Assembly: GCA_001785985.1 (NCBI GenBank)
Contig: MFVE01000005.1
Location: 16,556 to 80,555, forward strand
Direction: 5' to 3'
DNA length: 64,000 nucleotides
Origin: Candidatus Nomurabacteria bacterium RIFCSPLOWO2_01_FULL_42_17
GTDB taxonomy: Bacteria > Patescibacteriota > Minisyncoccia > Phycocordibacterales > UBA9973
A program made the position numbers and the translations under genes. The notes beneath the pieces are model-generated. The model did not search any database, was not told where the DNA came from, and saw nothing but the letters and a program-made list of their open reading frames with translations. Below, piece by piece: positions 9,775-19,523 of this stretch. Each line of letters begins with the position of its first letter. Positions within the stretch are counted from its first letter, which is position 1.

Positions 9775-11925
9775 CTATTTCGCGATCTGGGTGGCTTCTT
9801 CGAATTTTACAGAAAGGAGCTTGGAGGCGCCGTTCGTGCCGATGGTGACTCCATAGAGCACGCCGGCGCGAGACATCGTCTCGCGATTGTGAGTGACGAC
9901 GATGAGCTGAGAGTGTTTGGAAAGTTTTTCGAGCATATCTCCGTATTTGCGGGAATTTGATTCGTCGAGCGCCGCATCCGTCTCGTCCAAGACAAGAAAT
10001 GGCGGAGGGTTTACTTGCGACATTGCAAACAAAAGCGCGATGGACGTGAGCGATCTCTCGCCTCCAGAGAGAGCGTGAAGCTCTTTGACCTTTTTGTGTG
10101 GCAGAGAAACATTTATATCTATTCCCTGCTCTGGAACAGTTTCTTCCATTGCCTCGCCATAGCCTTCGGCGTCGGCGTCGGCGGGTTCGTCTAGATCATC
10201 TTCAATACTTTTTTTCCTCTTTTCTGGTACAACGACAGCCAAAGACCCTGTCCCCCCGCCAAACATCAGCGAGAAAAATTCTTGGAATTCAACATTTATT
10301 TTTTTAACGCCCTCTTTAAATTCCACATCTATTTTCTCTTTCAGATCGGCGATGAGTTTTTGCAAAGATTCGATGCTTTTAGTCAAATCTTCCATTTCTT
10401 TAACCAAAAATTCATCCCTCTCGGAAACTTCCTTAAATTCTTTCATAATTTCCGCGCCACTGCCCATACCCGCATCTTCCAACTTTATTTTTAGGCGTTC
10501 AATTTTTTTCTTTTGCTCTTCCGACGGATTATTTTCATTACTTTCTGTAATTTGATAATCCTTGTAAGCCAAAACTTCCTGTCCGATGAGCGCCACACCT
10601 TCCTTGATCTCATTATGAAATGCCTCCGCCCGGCTCTTAAGATTTGCTTCCTTTATGTGGACAAGTTCCAAGGCGGAAGATAACTCCTGATGCCTAACTT
10701 TAAAGCTAAATCTTTCTCGTTCCAAATCGCGCAAGTCTTCCATCTCTTTATTTATGGCCTGTTTTAACGCTTCTATCTGACTAGTCAAACTTTTTTCTTT
10801 ATTTTCTATCTCCCTCACTTGCGCCAAAATATCAGTTTGCGAGTTTTTTAATTCTATTAATTCTTTCTCGCTGTTTTCTCTATTTTCTATCTGTTCTTTG
10901 CTGATCTCGCCTAATTCTTTTCCACAAGTCGGACATCGGCCAGAAATTTTAACCCTGTTCGCTTTTGCTTCAATCATTCCTTCTATTCGCCCCAGTTTGC
11001 GCTCTAATTCGCTTTTTAACCCACGATTTTCATTTAATTTCTGCTCCACTATTTTTAATTCTGCTATTTTTTTGTTTCCCTGAGCGGAATTAGCATCTTC
11101 GGTGTGAGAAATTTTTACAGAAACATTTTTTAATTCATCCGTGATTGCCCTCTTTTCAGCTGATAAATTTTCCTTCTCTGCATCTAAATAAACACTTTCT
11201 TTTTTTAGATATTCTCTATAAAGAACACCTAACTCCTTTTGCATTTCTTTCACTTTCTCAAATTTTTCCACCTGTTTCTTCAAAAAATTCAAATGGGGAG
11301 CATTTTCTCGGCGCAACATTCCTACTTCTTTCATATTTTCTTCTGTCCTTTCCAATTTCCTGACAGAATCTTTTATTTTGTACTGGTAAATTTTGAGTCC
11401 GAGCGCGTCTTCCACCATTTCTTTTCTATCCTTTGGGCTGGCATTCAAAATCCTATCTGCTTCGCCCTGCGAGATGATGTGATGTCCGGATGAGCCGATG
11501 TTGACTGATGCCAAAAGATTGTGAATATCTTTTAGACGCACTTCCGTGCCATTTAAAATATATTTATTTAATCCATCTGAAAAAACTTCGCGAGAAATAC
11601 TGATCGTGTCATAATTTAAATTTATATTATCTCCTCCGTCATTTTCGAGCTTGAAAATCTTGTCAGAATTATCAAAATGGATCACGACGGACGCGCCCCT
11701 CCCTTTAGGTAGATTTTTAGACCCTTTAAAAATAAGATCCAGGCCCGACTTGCCGCGCATAGACTTCATCGACTGCTCGCCTAACACATAGCGGATAGCC
11801 TCCACCACGTTTGATTTCCCAGAGCCATTCGGACCGACGACGCAGACGATACTGTTCTCGAACTCCAAAATAGTTTTTTGAGCAAAAGATTTAAAGCCAT
11901 TTAATTCTAGTTTTTTGAGTCGCAT
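9775..11925 (-). CDS. SMC-family ATPase (716 aa) with SMC-type heads and a central CxxC zinc-hook in the coiled coil
   Basis: N-terminus MRLKKLELNGFKSFA…VVGPNGSGKSN (SMC Walker A). C-terminus LSGGERSLTSIALLFAM…LVLDETDAALD (ABC signature, Walker B/D-loop). Mid coiled coil has ISGRCPTCGKEL, a Rad50/SbcC-like hook. Confidence 0.75.
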   Translation of the reverse strand: MRLKKLELNGFKSFAQKTILEFENSIVCVVGPNGSGKSNVVEAIRYVLGEQSMKSMRGKSGLDLIFKGSKNLPKGRGASVVIHFDNSDKIFKLENDGGDNINLNYDTISISREVFSDGLNKYILNGTEVRLKDIHNLLASVNIGSSGHHIISQGEADRILNASPKDRKEMVEDALGLKIYQYKIKDSVRKLERTEENMKEVGMLRRENAPHLNFLKKQVEKFEKVKEMQKELGVLYREYLKKESVYLDAEKENLSAEKRAITDELKNVSVKISHTEDANSAQGNKKIAELKIVEQKLNENRGLKSELERKLGRIEGMIEAKANRVKISGRCPTCGKELGEISKEQIENRENSEKELIELKNSQTDILAQVREIENKEKSLTSQIEALKQAINKEMEDLRDLERERFSFKVRHQELSSALELVHIKEANLKSRAEAFHNEIKEGVALIGQEVLAYKDYQITESNENNPSEEQKKKIERLKIKLEDAGMGSGAEIMKEFKEVSERDEFLVKEMEDLTKSIESLQKLIADLKEKIDVEFKEGVKKINVEFQEFFSLMFGGGTGSLAVVVPEKRKKSIEDDLDEPADADAEGYGEAMEETVPEQGIDINVSLPHKKVKELHALSGGERSLTSIALLFAMSQVNPPPFLVLDETDAALDESNSRKYGDMLEKLSKHSQLIVVTHNRETMSRAGVLYGVTIGTNGASKLLSVKFEEATQIAK

Positions 11926-11929
11926 ATTT

Positions 11930-12625
11930 TTAATCCAACCAATTCTTGACTTTCAGCGCTGCTTCGGCTGCTTTTTGTTCTGCTTCTTGTTTGGATTGGC
12001 CCTTGCCTTCGGCAATCAAATTAGGCCCGAAATAAATACCTAAGGTAAAATGCTTGTCGTGGTCAGGACCTGACTCATGCAACACTTTATAGGCCGGTGT
12101 GACATTCAAAAATTCCTGCGCGCGCTCTTGCACCAGAGATTTCGCGTCGCGCCACAACTTTTTTGACACTATCTCGGGTGTCTTGGGTAAAAGGCACTTA
12201 TTCACAAATTTACCTACCGCATCGATCCCTTGGTCCAGATATAGAGCGCCGACATATGCTTCAAATGTGTTGGCTAAAATATAGGACCTGGCCTTGCCAT
12301 TATCTTTGGCCTCACCTTTGGATAAAAGCAGATAATCATTCATGCCGATAGCAGTAGCAACTTCCGATATGATCACAGCATTCACCAGAGCAGAACGCAA
12401 AGCTGTCAATTCCCCTTCCGTATAATTAGAATACTTTTTATATAAAAAATCAGTCACGATCAGTTCTAGCACTGCGTCACCAAGAAATTCCAGCCTTTCA
12501 TTATGTGACAGCGACGTCTTTGGATTTTCATTTATATAAGAACGATGAATAAAGGCCTGCTCGAGAAGCTTTTTATCCTTAAAAATTATTTTTGTTTTTT
12601 TCTCAAAATCTGAAAAATTTATCAT
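11930..12625 (-). CDS. rnc: Ribonuclease III
   Basis: ERLEFLGDAVLEL is the RNase III signature, followed by a C-terminal dsRBD. Confidence 0.92.
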   Translation of the reverse strand: MINFSDFEKKTKIIFKDKKLLEQAFIHRSYINENPKTSLSHNERLEFLGDAVLELIVTDFLYKKYSNYTEGELTALRSALVNAVIISEVATAIGMNDYLLLSKGEAKDNGKARSYILANTFEAYVGALYLDQGIDAVGKFVNKCLLPKTPEIVSKKLWRDAKSLVQERAQEFLNVTPAYKVLHESGPDHDKHFTLGIYFGPNLIAEGKGQSKQEAEQKAAEAALKVKNWLD

Positions 12626-13650
12626 AGGTTTTTATTATTTTTTATCCCGACGCCTTCAGGTCGGGACTCCGACTTTGCGTCGGAGCCACTTATTATCTCA
12701 ACTGCCTTTCCAATCAGCGGAATAATGTCATTATAAATACGAAGTTCCGGTATCGTGGACATCTCGAACCATTTAGCCGCATCAAGTCCGCCAGAATTTT
12801 CGAGCACCAGCTCTTTATATTCAGTATATGCTAAAAAATACACAACTTTTTTTAAAGTTTTACCGCTGGTGGGATGCGTCGCGACATATTCATTAACTCC
12901 GAGTCTTTCTTCTATTTTTATATCCAGCCCGATTTCTTTCTTGATTGCTTTTATTGTTCCCTCCTCTAGATTTTCAGCTATTTTAACTTTACCTTTCGAC
13001 AAAGTCCAATAGCCAAAAACATCGTGCACCAAGGCAAACAAAATATTTCCATCCTTCTTATTGTCTTTATGCGTATACACCAATGCGCCGGCTAAATTCT
13101 CCACCGGCAATTTGGTGATGTCGACCGGCTCTGGATGCTCCTTGGAATCGGCTCCACTCCTCTTCTTGTCATGATTTTTTTGGTGTTCTTTCTGATGATC
13201 TTTGTCGGGCTCGCCGATTTCTTTATAAACTGCTCCGAGCACGCCATTGACAAACTTGCCGGAATTTTCGCCGCCAAAAGTCTTGGCCAACTCTATCGCT
13301 TCGTTGATGGCCACTTTCGGAGGCACTTGCGCCCTATCGCCAAACAATAATTCCGTCAAACCAATGCGCAGAATATTCCTATCTACCACTGAAATTTTAT
13401 CTATCGGCCAATCCGGCGCGGCTTTTTCGATGATTTCATCGATCTTGGCTCGCTTCTTTAAAATTTCATCTATGAGAGCAAATACAAAAACATCATCCTC
13501 GAGCCCCGGGGCAAATTCTTTTAAATTTCTTTTTAATGCTTCTTTTATTTCTTGATGGGAAGTTGTAGCATCCTTTTTGTCCGCGGGCAAAAAGTCCCAC
13601 TCAAAAAGAGTCTGGAGAACTATTGATCTTGAAAGGTGCCTATTGGCCAT
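12622..13650 (-). CDS. nusB: Transcription antitermination factor NusB fused to a C-terminal Nudix-hydrolase-like domain
   Basis: The N-terminal 140 aa are NusB-like. The C-terminal domain has a Nudix-box-like motif GKVKIAENLEEGTIKAIKKEIGL in a Nudix-type fold context (GYWTLSKGKV…). Confidence 0.8.
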   Translation of the reverse strand: MANRHLSRSIVLQTLFEWDFLPADKKDATTSHQEIKEALKRNLKEFAPGLEDDVFVFALIDEILKKRAKIDEIIEKAAPDWPIDKISVVDRNILRIGLTELLFGDRAQVPPKVAINEAIELAKTFGGENSGKFVNGVLGAVYKEIGEPDKDHQKEHQKNHDKKRSGADSKEHPEPVDITKLPVENLAGALVYTHKDNKKDGNILFALVHDVFGYWTLSKGKVKIAENLEEGTIKAIKKEIGLDIKIEERLGVNEYVATHPTSGKTLKKVVYFLAYTEYKELVLENSGGLDAAKWFEMSTIPELRIYNDIIPLIGKAVEIISGSDAKSESRPEGVGIKNNKNL

Positions 13651-13749
13651 ACATTAGTTCAAAGTTATAAAGTTCATAAAGTTAAAAGAAACTTTACAAC
13701 TTTACAACTTTACAAACTTGCTGATTTTTTTTGCTTTCTACTTTATAAA

Positions 13750-13980
13750 CTAGCTCTTCGCTGCTGATGCCTTCGCCTTTTCTTTCTTTTGTTTCTTTTC
13801 CGTCTTTTTGACTAAATCCAAAACCTTTTTTCCTCGGTAAAAACCGCAAGCAGCGCAAACTGTGTGCCGCCTCTTCAAAGCTTTACAATTTTCACATTTA
13901 GTAAAGCTCGTGCTAGAAAGCGCGTGATGCGAGCGCCTGTTTTTCGTATGCGATTTTGTACTCCTCATTCGTACTACCAT
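13750..13980 (-). CDS. rpmF: 50S ribosomal protein L32
   Basis: …KNRRSHHAL…C..C…CAACG is the L32 pattern. Confidence 0.85.
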   Translation of the reverse strand: MVVRMRSTKSHTKNRRSHHALSSTSFTKCENCKALKRRHTVCAACGFYRGKKVLDLVKKTEKKQKKEKAKASAAKS

Positions 13981-14064
13981 AATGGGCTTATCCTAGCATA
14001 TTGCTCATAAAAAGCAATTCAAAGAAAACTTTAGAATAAAATAAAATATGCTATGATGTAATCT

Positions 14065-15309
14065 ATGGAAAAAGAGATTAATGAAATGGATAAAAATGAT
14101 CATCGAGTGATAGGCAAAGAGTTGGACCTGTTTACTTTTTCCGAACTTGTCGGACCCGGGCTTCCGCTATGGACGCCAAGGGGCACCGTGGTGCGTGAAG
14201 AACTAGACAAATTTGTGGGAGAGCTCAGAGAAAAATATGGCTACACCCGCGTGACCATCCCCCATATTACAAAACGTGAATTATATGAGAAATCGGGACA
14301 TTGGGATAAATTTTCTGATGAACTTTTCCGCATTACATCCCGTGAAGGAAAGGAATATGCATTAAAGCCAATGAGCTGTCCCCATCACACTCAGATCTTC
14401 GACCGCAAGCCGCATTCATATAGGGAGATGCCACAAAGATACGCTGAAACAACCATGGTCTATCGCGACGAACAATCAGGCGAGCTCGGGGGCCTAACTC
14501 GCGTGCTTTCTATAACTCAAGATGATGCGCATGTTTTTTGCAGGCACAATCAAGTCAAAGAGGAATTTTTAAAGATCTGGGATATCGTTGATACATTCTA
14601 CAAAACTTTTGGATTTAGTTTAAAAGTAAGATTATCTTTTCGCGATCCGAAAGAACAAAAAAAATATTTAGGCACAAAAGAAATCTGGGATACTGCAGAA
14701 AATGAACTTCGTAGTATCGCCGAAGAACGCAAGAAAGAATTTAAGACGGATTACTTTGAAGGTCTGGGTGAAGCTGCACTATACGGACCAAAGCTAGACT
14801 TCATGGCAAAAAATTCTGCCGGACGACAGTGGCAGGTGGCGACAATACAATTGGACATGAACCTGCCAGAGAGATTTGATCTAAATTGCATCAATGAAAA
14901 GGGAGAAAAAGAAAGAATAGTAATGATTCATGCAGCCATCACCGGCTCCCTAGAAAGATGCACAGCAGTATTGATTGAGCACTTTGTCGGAGCTTTCCCT
15001 CTCTGGCTCTCACCGGTGCAAGTAAAAGTGATTCCAGTGCGTGAAAATCATAATGAATATGCAAAGGAAGTTTTTGAGATGCTCAAAGAAAATAATATCC
15101 GCGCAGAATTTGATGATAAAGATGAGAACCTCGGCACCAAAGTCCGCGACGCGAAAAATAACAAGATCCCGTACTGGATCGTCATTGGCGACAAAGAAAT
15201 AGAAGCCGGCAAAGTCACCCTCGAATCCCGCGACTCCGGCCAGCTCGGTCAAATATCAACAGAAGAACTAGCAAAAAAACTTTTAGAGGAAATAAAAAAT
15301 AAGAAGTAA
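14065..15309 (+). CDS. thrS: Threonyl-tRNA synthetase, short form (class II catalytic core + anticodon-binding domain; lacks N-terminal TGS/editing domains)
   Basis: ThrRS class II motifs (…MSCPHHTQIF…, …YRDEQSGELGGLTRVLSITQDDAHVF…) in a 414-aa protein. Confidence 0.88.
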   Translation: MEKEINEMDKNDHRVIGKELDLFTFSELVGPGLPLWTPRGTVVREELDKFVGELREKYGYTRVTIPHITKRELYEKSGHWDKFSDELFRITSREGKEYALKPMSCPHHTQIFDRKPHSYREMPQRYAETTMVYRDEQSGELGGLTRVLSITQDDAHVFCRHNQVKEEFLKIWDIVDTFYKTFGFSLKVRLSFRDPKEQKKYLGTKEIWDTAENELRSIAEERKKEFKTDYFEGLGEAALYGPKLDFMAKNSAGRQWQVATIQLDMNLPERFDLNCINEKGEKERIVMIHAAITGSLERCTAVLIEHFVGAFPLWLSPVQVKVIPVRENHNEYAKEVFEMLKENNIRAEFDDKDENLGTKVRDAKNNKIPYWIVIGDKEIEAGKVTLESRDSGQLGQISTEELAKKLLEEIKNKK

Positions 15310-15310
15310 T

Positions 15311-17392
15311 TTAAATATCAATCTCGGCGAGTTTGGCATTGGATTGGATGAAAGATTTGCGCGGAGGGACTTCGGATCCCATTAGGATGTCGAAAATTTT
15401 ATTCGCTTCTTCGGCGTCATCTATGTTTACCTTTTTTAATACGCGGTGCGCCGGATCCATCGTCGTCTCCCAGAGTTCTTCTGGATTCATTTCACCGAGA
15501 CCTTTATAACGTTGGATGTGAATTTTTGCAGACTTTTCTTTCCCGACGCTCTCCTCTTCTCCTTCCTTTGCCTCGCCAGAGTCGTCCTCGACGTCGGCGG
15601 GTTGTATATCGCTTATGTCTGCGCCTTTACCAACAATCTTTATTCTTTCTTCATCTGTATAAGCATAGGAAATTTCCTTGCCCTTTTTTATTTTATAAAG
15701 CGGTGGTTGAGCGATGTAAATATATCCAGCATCAATAATTTGTCTAAAATATCTATAAAAAAGTGTCAGCAGAAGCGTACGAATATGTGAACCATCCACA
15801 TCGGCATCGGTCGCAATGATTATCTTATGATAACGCATCTTTGCCAAATCAAATGTATCTCCGATAGAAGTGCCGAGCGCAATCACTAGAGATTTTATTT
15901 CTTTTGAAGCGAGCATCTTGTCTATACGCGCGCGTTCAACATTTAAAATTTTACCTTTCAGCGGCAAGATCGCTTGAGTGCGACGGTCTCTACCTTGCTT
16001 CGCGCTACCTCCCGCAGAATCTCCCTCGACTAAGAATAGTTCCGACTCCTCGGCATTTTTGCTCTGACAATCTGCCAATTTACCTGGAAGCGTCATTCCT
16101 TCGAGAGCGCCTTTTCGTAGAATGGAATCCTTCGCGGCTTTGGCAGCTTTGCGGGCCTTGAGAGCTAAAATAGACTTATTTATAATGACTTTTGCTTCAT
16201 CGGGATTTTCTTCTAAGAAATTATTAAAAGCCTCACCGAAAACAGTCGCCACCGCTCCTTGGGCTTCCATACTTCCTAATTTTGCTTTGGTTTGACCTTC
16301 AAATTGAATCTCGCGCAGTTTTACAGAAATAGCCACAGTTAAACCTTCCAGCACATCTTCGCCAGTAAATCCTCCTTCGGACTCTTTCATCATTTCATTT
16401 TTCTTGCAGTAAGTATTGAGAGTCCTCGTGAGCGCGGTCTTGAAACCTGTCACATGCGTGCCACCTTCGGGAGTGTTGATATTGTTAGCAAAAGGCACGA
16501 TGCGATCCACGATGTCATCCACATATTGGAGAGCTATTTCTACTCCCACGCCATCCAACTCTTTTTCAACATAAAAAATATTGCTCTGAATCGGTTTTTG
16601 AAATTTATTGTAATATTTTATGAGAGAAATTAGTCCGCCTTCAAAGTAAAAAGAGATAGATGGAAGCTCTAGGCCGAGATCTCGGAAATAAAAGACATCA
16701 CTATCATCCATCCCCTTTTTATCATGTAGTTCTTTTGCGTCTCTCGCATCGATTATTAAGATCTTTAATCCTTTAACTAAATAAGCTTGCTGGCGAATAT
16801 GGTTGACCACCGTATTCCAATCGAATTTAATATCTTTAAAGATTTCTACATCTGGTTCAAAAGTTACAATGGTTCCATGAAGTTTTGAGCTACCAACTTT
16901 TTTCACCGCGGACTTTTTCTTGCCTTGTGAATATTCTTGAACATATTTACCGCCATCTCTATGAACTTCTGCCTTACAAAAAATAGAAAGAGCATTGACC
17001 ACAGAGGCCCCAACTCCATGTAGACCGCCGGAAACTTTGTAGCCTTCTCCGCCGAACTTTCCTCCGGCGTGCAGAGTCGTCATCACCGTCTCGAGCGCGG
17101 AAACTTTTGTTTTTTTATGAGTGTCTACTGGTATACCTCGGCCATTGTCTGCGACTCGTACGCGATTACCTGGGAGAAGCACCACTTCAATATCATTACA
17201 AAAACCGCCCATCGCTTCATCGCGCGAGTTGTCAAAAATCTCCCACACCAAATGATGAAGCCCTTCTGGTCCAGTGGTACCAATATACATCCCCGGACGA
17301 CGTCTGACGGGCTCTAAACCCTCTAAAACCGATATATCTGAAGCGTCATAGTGGTGCCCATTACCCTTCTTTGTTACGTCTTCTTTTGCCAT
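15311..17392 (-). CDS. gyrB: DNA gyrase / type IIA topoisomerase subunit B
   Basis: GHKL ATPase (…LHAGGKFGG…GLHGVGASVVNALS), Toprim (…LVEGDSAGGSAKQGRDR…) and a C-terminal …KGLGEM… motif. Confidence 0.9.
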   Translation of the reverse strand: MAKEDVTKKGNGHHYDASDISVLEGLEPVRRRPGMYIGTTGPEGLHHLVWEIFDNSRDEAMGGFCNDIEVVLLPGNRVRVADNGRGIPVDTHKKTKVSALETVMTTLHAGGKFGGEGYKVSGGLHGVGASVVNALSIFCKAEVHRDGGKYVQEYSQGKKKSAVKKVGSSKLHGTIVTFEPDVEIFKDIKFDWNTVVNHIRQQAYLVKGLKILIIDARDAKELHDKKGMDDSDVFYFRDLGLELPSISFYFEGGLISLIKYYNKFQKPIQSNIFYVEKELDGVGVEIALQYVDDIVDRIVPFANNINTPEGGTHVTGFKTALTRTLNTYCKKNEMMKESEGGFTGEDVLEGLTVAISVKLREIQFEGQTKAKLGSMEAQGAVATVFGEAFNNFLEENPDEAKVIINKSILALKARKAAKAAKDSILRKGALEGMTLPGKLADCQSKNAEESELFLVEGDSAGGSAKQGRDRRTQAILPLKGKILNVERARIDKMLASKEIKSLVIALGTSIGDTFDLAKMRYHKIIIATDADVDGSHIRTLLLTLFYRYFRQIIDAGYIYIAQPPLYKIKKGKEISYAYTDEERIKIVGKGADISDIQPADVEDDSGEAKEGEEESVGKEKSAKIHIQRYKGLGEMNPEELWETTMDPAHRVLKKVNIDDAEEANKIFDILMGSEVPPRKSFIQSNAKLAEIDI

Positions 17393-17443
17393 AAATATAC
17401 CCTTATTATAGCAAAAAACACTATGAAATGCTAGACTAAACGC

Positions 17444-18574
17444 ATGTCGAATTACAATGTAGAGACCCCTGAAGAAAAAGCTTTAAAAAAAGATCTGGAA
17501 CCCAAGACTGATGCACATTCCATGCGGCTGAAACGTTATCTCAGTATGCCGGACCTTTCTCGCACTCCCGGCAGTCCATTAGAAGAAATAGTAAGAAAGG
17601 CAAAAGAAGTATCTTCTCTTAAAAATTTTGATGACATAAAAATACCAGAGATTGTGCCGACGAAGATTCTTTTTGATCTATTCAATATGCCCGAAGGCCA
17701 TCCGGCGCGCAGTCCGTCAGACACTTATTATGTTGATGAAAATAATGTTCTGCGAACGCACGATACAGTGTTTTGGTATTATTATTTGAACCTTCCAGAC
17801 ATTAAAAAAAGAATTGCGAACAAGGAAACCCTCGGAGCCATTTGTTATGGCAAGGTATACCGTAAAGATGAAATTGACGCTCGTCACATGAATGTTTTCC
17901 ATCAATTTGGGGGCTGGTTAATAACACCAGACGATAAAAAAACTATAACTCCACAAGATTTAAAAAACACTTTGACAGAAATCGCGACAAGCATTTTCGG
18001 AAAAATAAATTTTCGTTTTTATGATCACACCTTCCCTTATACTGATCCAAGCTTTGAGATGGAAGCAGAAATTAACGGAAAATGGATAGAAATGTTGGGC
18101 TCTGGAATGGTCAGAAAAACTGTATTGTCCAATCTAGGACTCGAGGGTTATCATGGATGGGCTTTCGGCTTCGGTTTGGAGCGTCTCGCTATCGCTAGTA
18201 TGCAGCTACCAGATATAAGACTACTCTGGTCAGAAGATGAGAGAGTAAAAAAACAACTTAAACTTGGACAAAAATTCTCCGAGGTTAGTAAATACCCTCC
18301 AATTATTCGCGACATTTCTTTCGTAGTTAAAAATGATTTTATACCAAATGATTATTTCGACTTTGTCAGAGAAATCGCTCCAGGTATAGTGGAAGAAGTA
18401 CAGCTGTTGGATAAATATGAAAACGCAGAAAAATTCGGCGCGGGAAAAATAAGCTATGCGTACCGCATCATTTATAGATCTTTAGAAAAAACACTTACGA
18501 GCGAAGAAATCGACTTAATACATAAAAAGCTGGAAAGTGAAACGATAAAAATCTTCGGTGGAGCTATACGCTAG
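17444..18574 (+). CDS. pheS: Phenylalanyl-tRNA synthetase alpha-type catalytic subunit with C-terminal FDX-ACB anticodon-binding domain (mitochondrial-like single-chain architecture)
   Basis: PheS core (HPARSPSDTYY…LRTHDT…GWAFGFGLERLA) is followed by about 110 aa (KYPPIIRDISFVV…KISYAYRIIYRSLEKTLTSEEI) that match the FDX-ACB fold. No pheT is adjacent. Confidence 0.85.
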   Translation: MSNYNVETPEEKALKKDLEPKTDAHSMRLKRYLSMPDLSRTPGSPLEEIVRKAKEVSSLKNFDDIKIPEIVPTKILFDLFNMPEGHPARSPSDTYYVDENNVLRTHDTVFWYYYLNLPDIKKRIANKETLGAICYGKVYRKDEIDARHMNVFHQFGGWLITPDDKKTITPQDLKNTLTEIATSIFGKINFRFYDHTFPYTDPSFEMEAEINGKWIEMLGSGMVRKTVLSNLGLEGYHGWAFGFGLERLAIASMQLPDIRLLWSEDERVKKQLKLGQKFSEVSKYPPIIRDISFVVKNDFIPNDYFDFVREIAPGIVEEVQLLDKYENAEKFGAGKISYAYRIIYRSLEKTLTSEEIDLIHKKLESETIKIFGGAIR

Positions 18575-19512
18575 ACTTGTACAGGGCTAATCTTTCGCCC
18601 GTGCCGAGAGAGAACGCAACCACCAGGACAAAGTGTATTTCCTTCTGAATCGTCAATACACTTCTCGCAAACAATGAAGTGCCTGTGACAGACTGGGTTC
18701 GCGCAGTTTACATAATTTTCAGATTCGCCTTTGCAGCTATCGCACTTCCCTACTATTTTATGTTTGGTGTCGTCAGTATAGAATCCCATAGTCACTCTGC
18801 CATCAAAAACATACAGCTTGCCTTGAAAATCTTCATTAGGATATTTTTCCATATAGCTAACTATACCTCCATCGAGTTGATACACGTCCGTAAACCCTTG
18901 TGTGATCAAAAATCCCGAAGCTTTTTCACAACGCACACCGCCAGTGCACACTGTCAGCACTGTTTTATTTTTTAAATGAGAAATTTGTTCCACCACTTTT
19001 GGCAAATCTCTAAAATTTTCAATCGGTGGCAAAATAGAATTCTCAAAATGCCCGACTTTATGTTCATAAGCATTTCGCATATCAACGATATAAAATTCCT
19101 TCGGCTCGCCGAAGCCTTGCGCGGAGGCGGCTTGGTTTTCCAAAAGCCATTCATGCAACTCCTCTGGTTTAAGATGTATGCCAGTGATTTGATTCGGGTC
19201 TATATCGCAAGTTCCTAAATGTAGTGAGACTATTTCTTTGCGCACTTTGATAGAAAGTTTTGGGAAGGCACTGCCTGTGCCAGCGCTTAATTTAAAATGA
19301 ATGTTTCTAAATCTTTCGTCTTTCTCTAATTGTTTAATATATTCTTTTATGTTTTCTTTCGTACCTTCAAAAGTAGCATTGATACCCTCAGTCGCAATAA
19401 TACATCTGCCTTTGAGGCCTAGTCGTAAGCAGATTTCTTCCTGTATCCCTCGCACATGCTCGGGATCCGCTATGCGGACGTATTTATAAAAAAGAATAAT
19501 TTGATGTTTCAT
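18571..19512 (-). CDS. trhO: Rhodanese-domain tRNA uridine(34) hydroxylase-like protein (TrhO/YceA family)
   Basis: UPF0176 N-terminal domain plus rhodanese active-site Cys (CTGGVRCEKASG) and a C-terminal Cys-rich tail. Confidence 0.75.
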   Translation of the reverse strand: MKHQIILFYKYVRIADPEHVRGIQEEICLRLGLKGRCIIATEGINATFEGTKENIKEYIKQLEKDERFRNIHFKLSAGTGSAFPKLSIKVRKEIVSLHLGTCDIDPNQITGIHLKPEELHEWLLENQAASAQGFGEPKEFYIVDMRNAYEHKVGHFENSILPPIENFRDLPKVVEQISHLKNKTVLTVCTGGVRCEKASGFLITQGFTDVYQLDGGIVSYMEKYPNEDFQGKLYVFDGRVTMGFYTDDTKHKIVGKCDSCKGESENYVNCANPVCHRHFIVCEKCIDDSEGNTLCPGGCVLSRHGRKISPVQV

Positions 19513-19523
19513 TTGTTTAGAAT

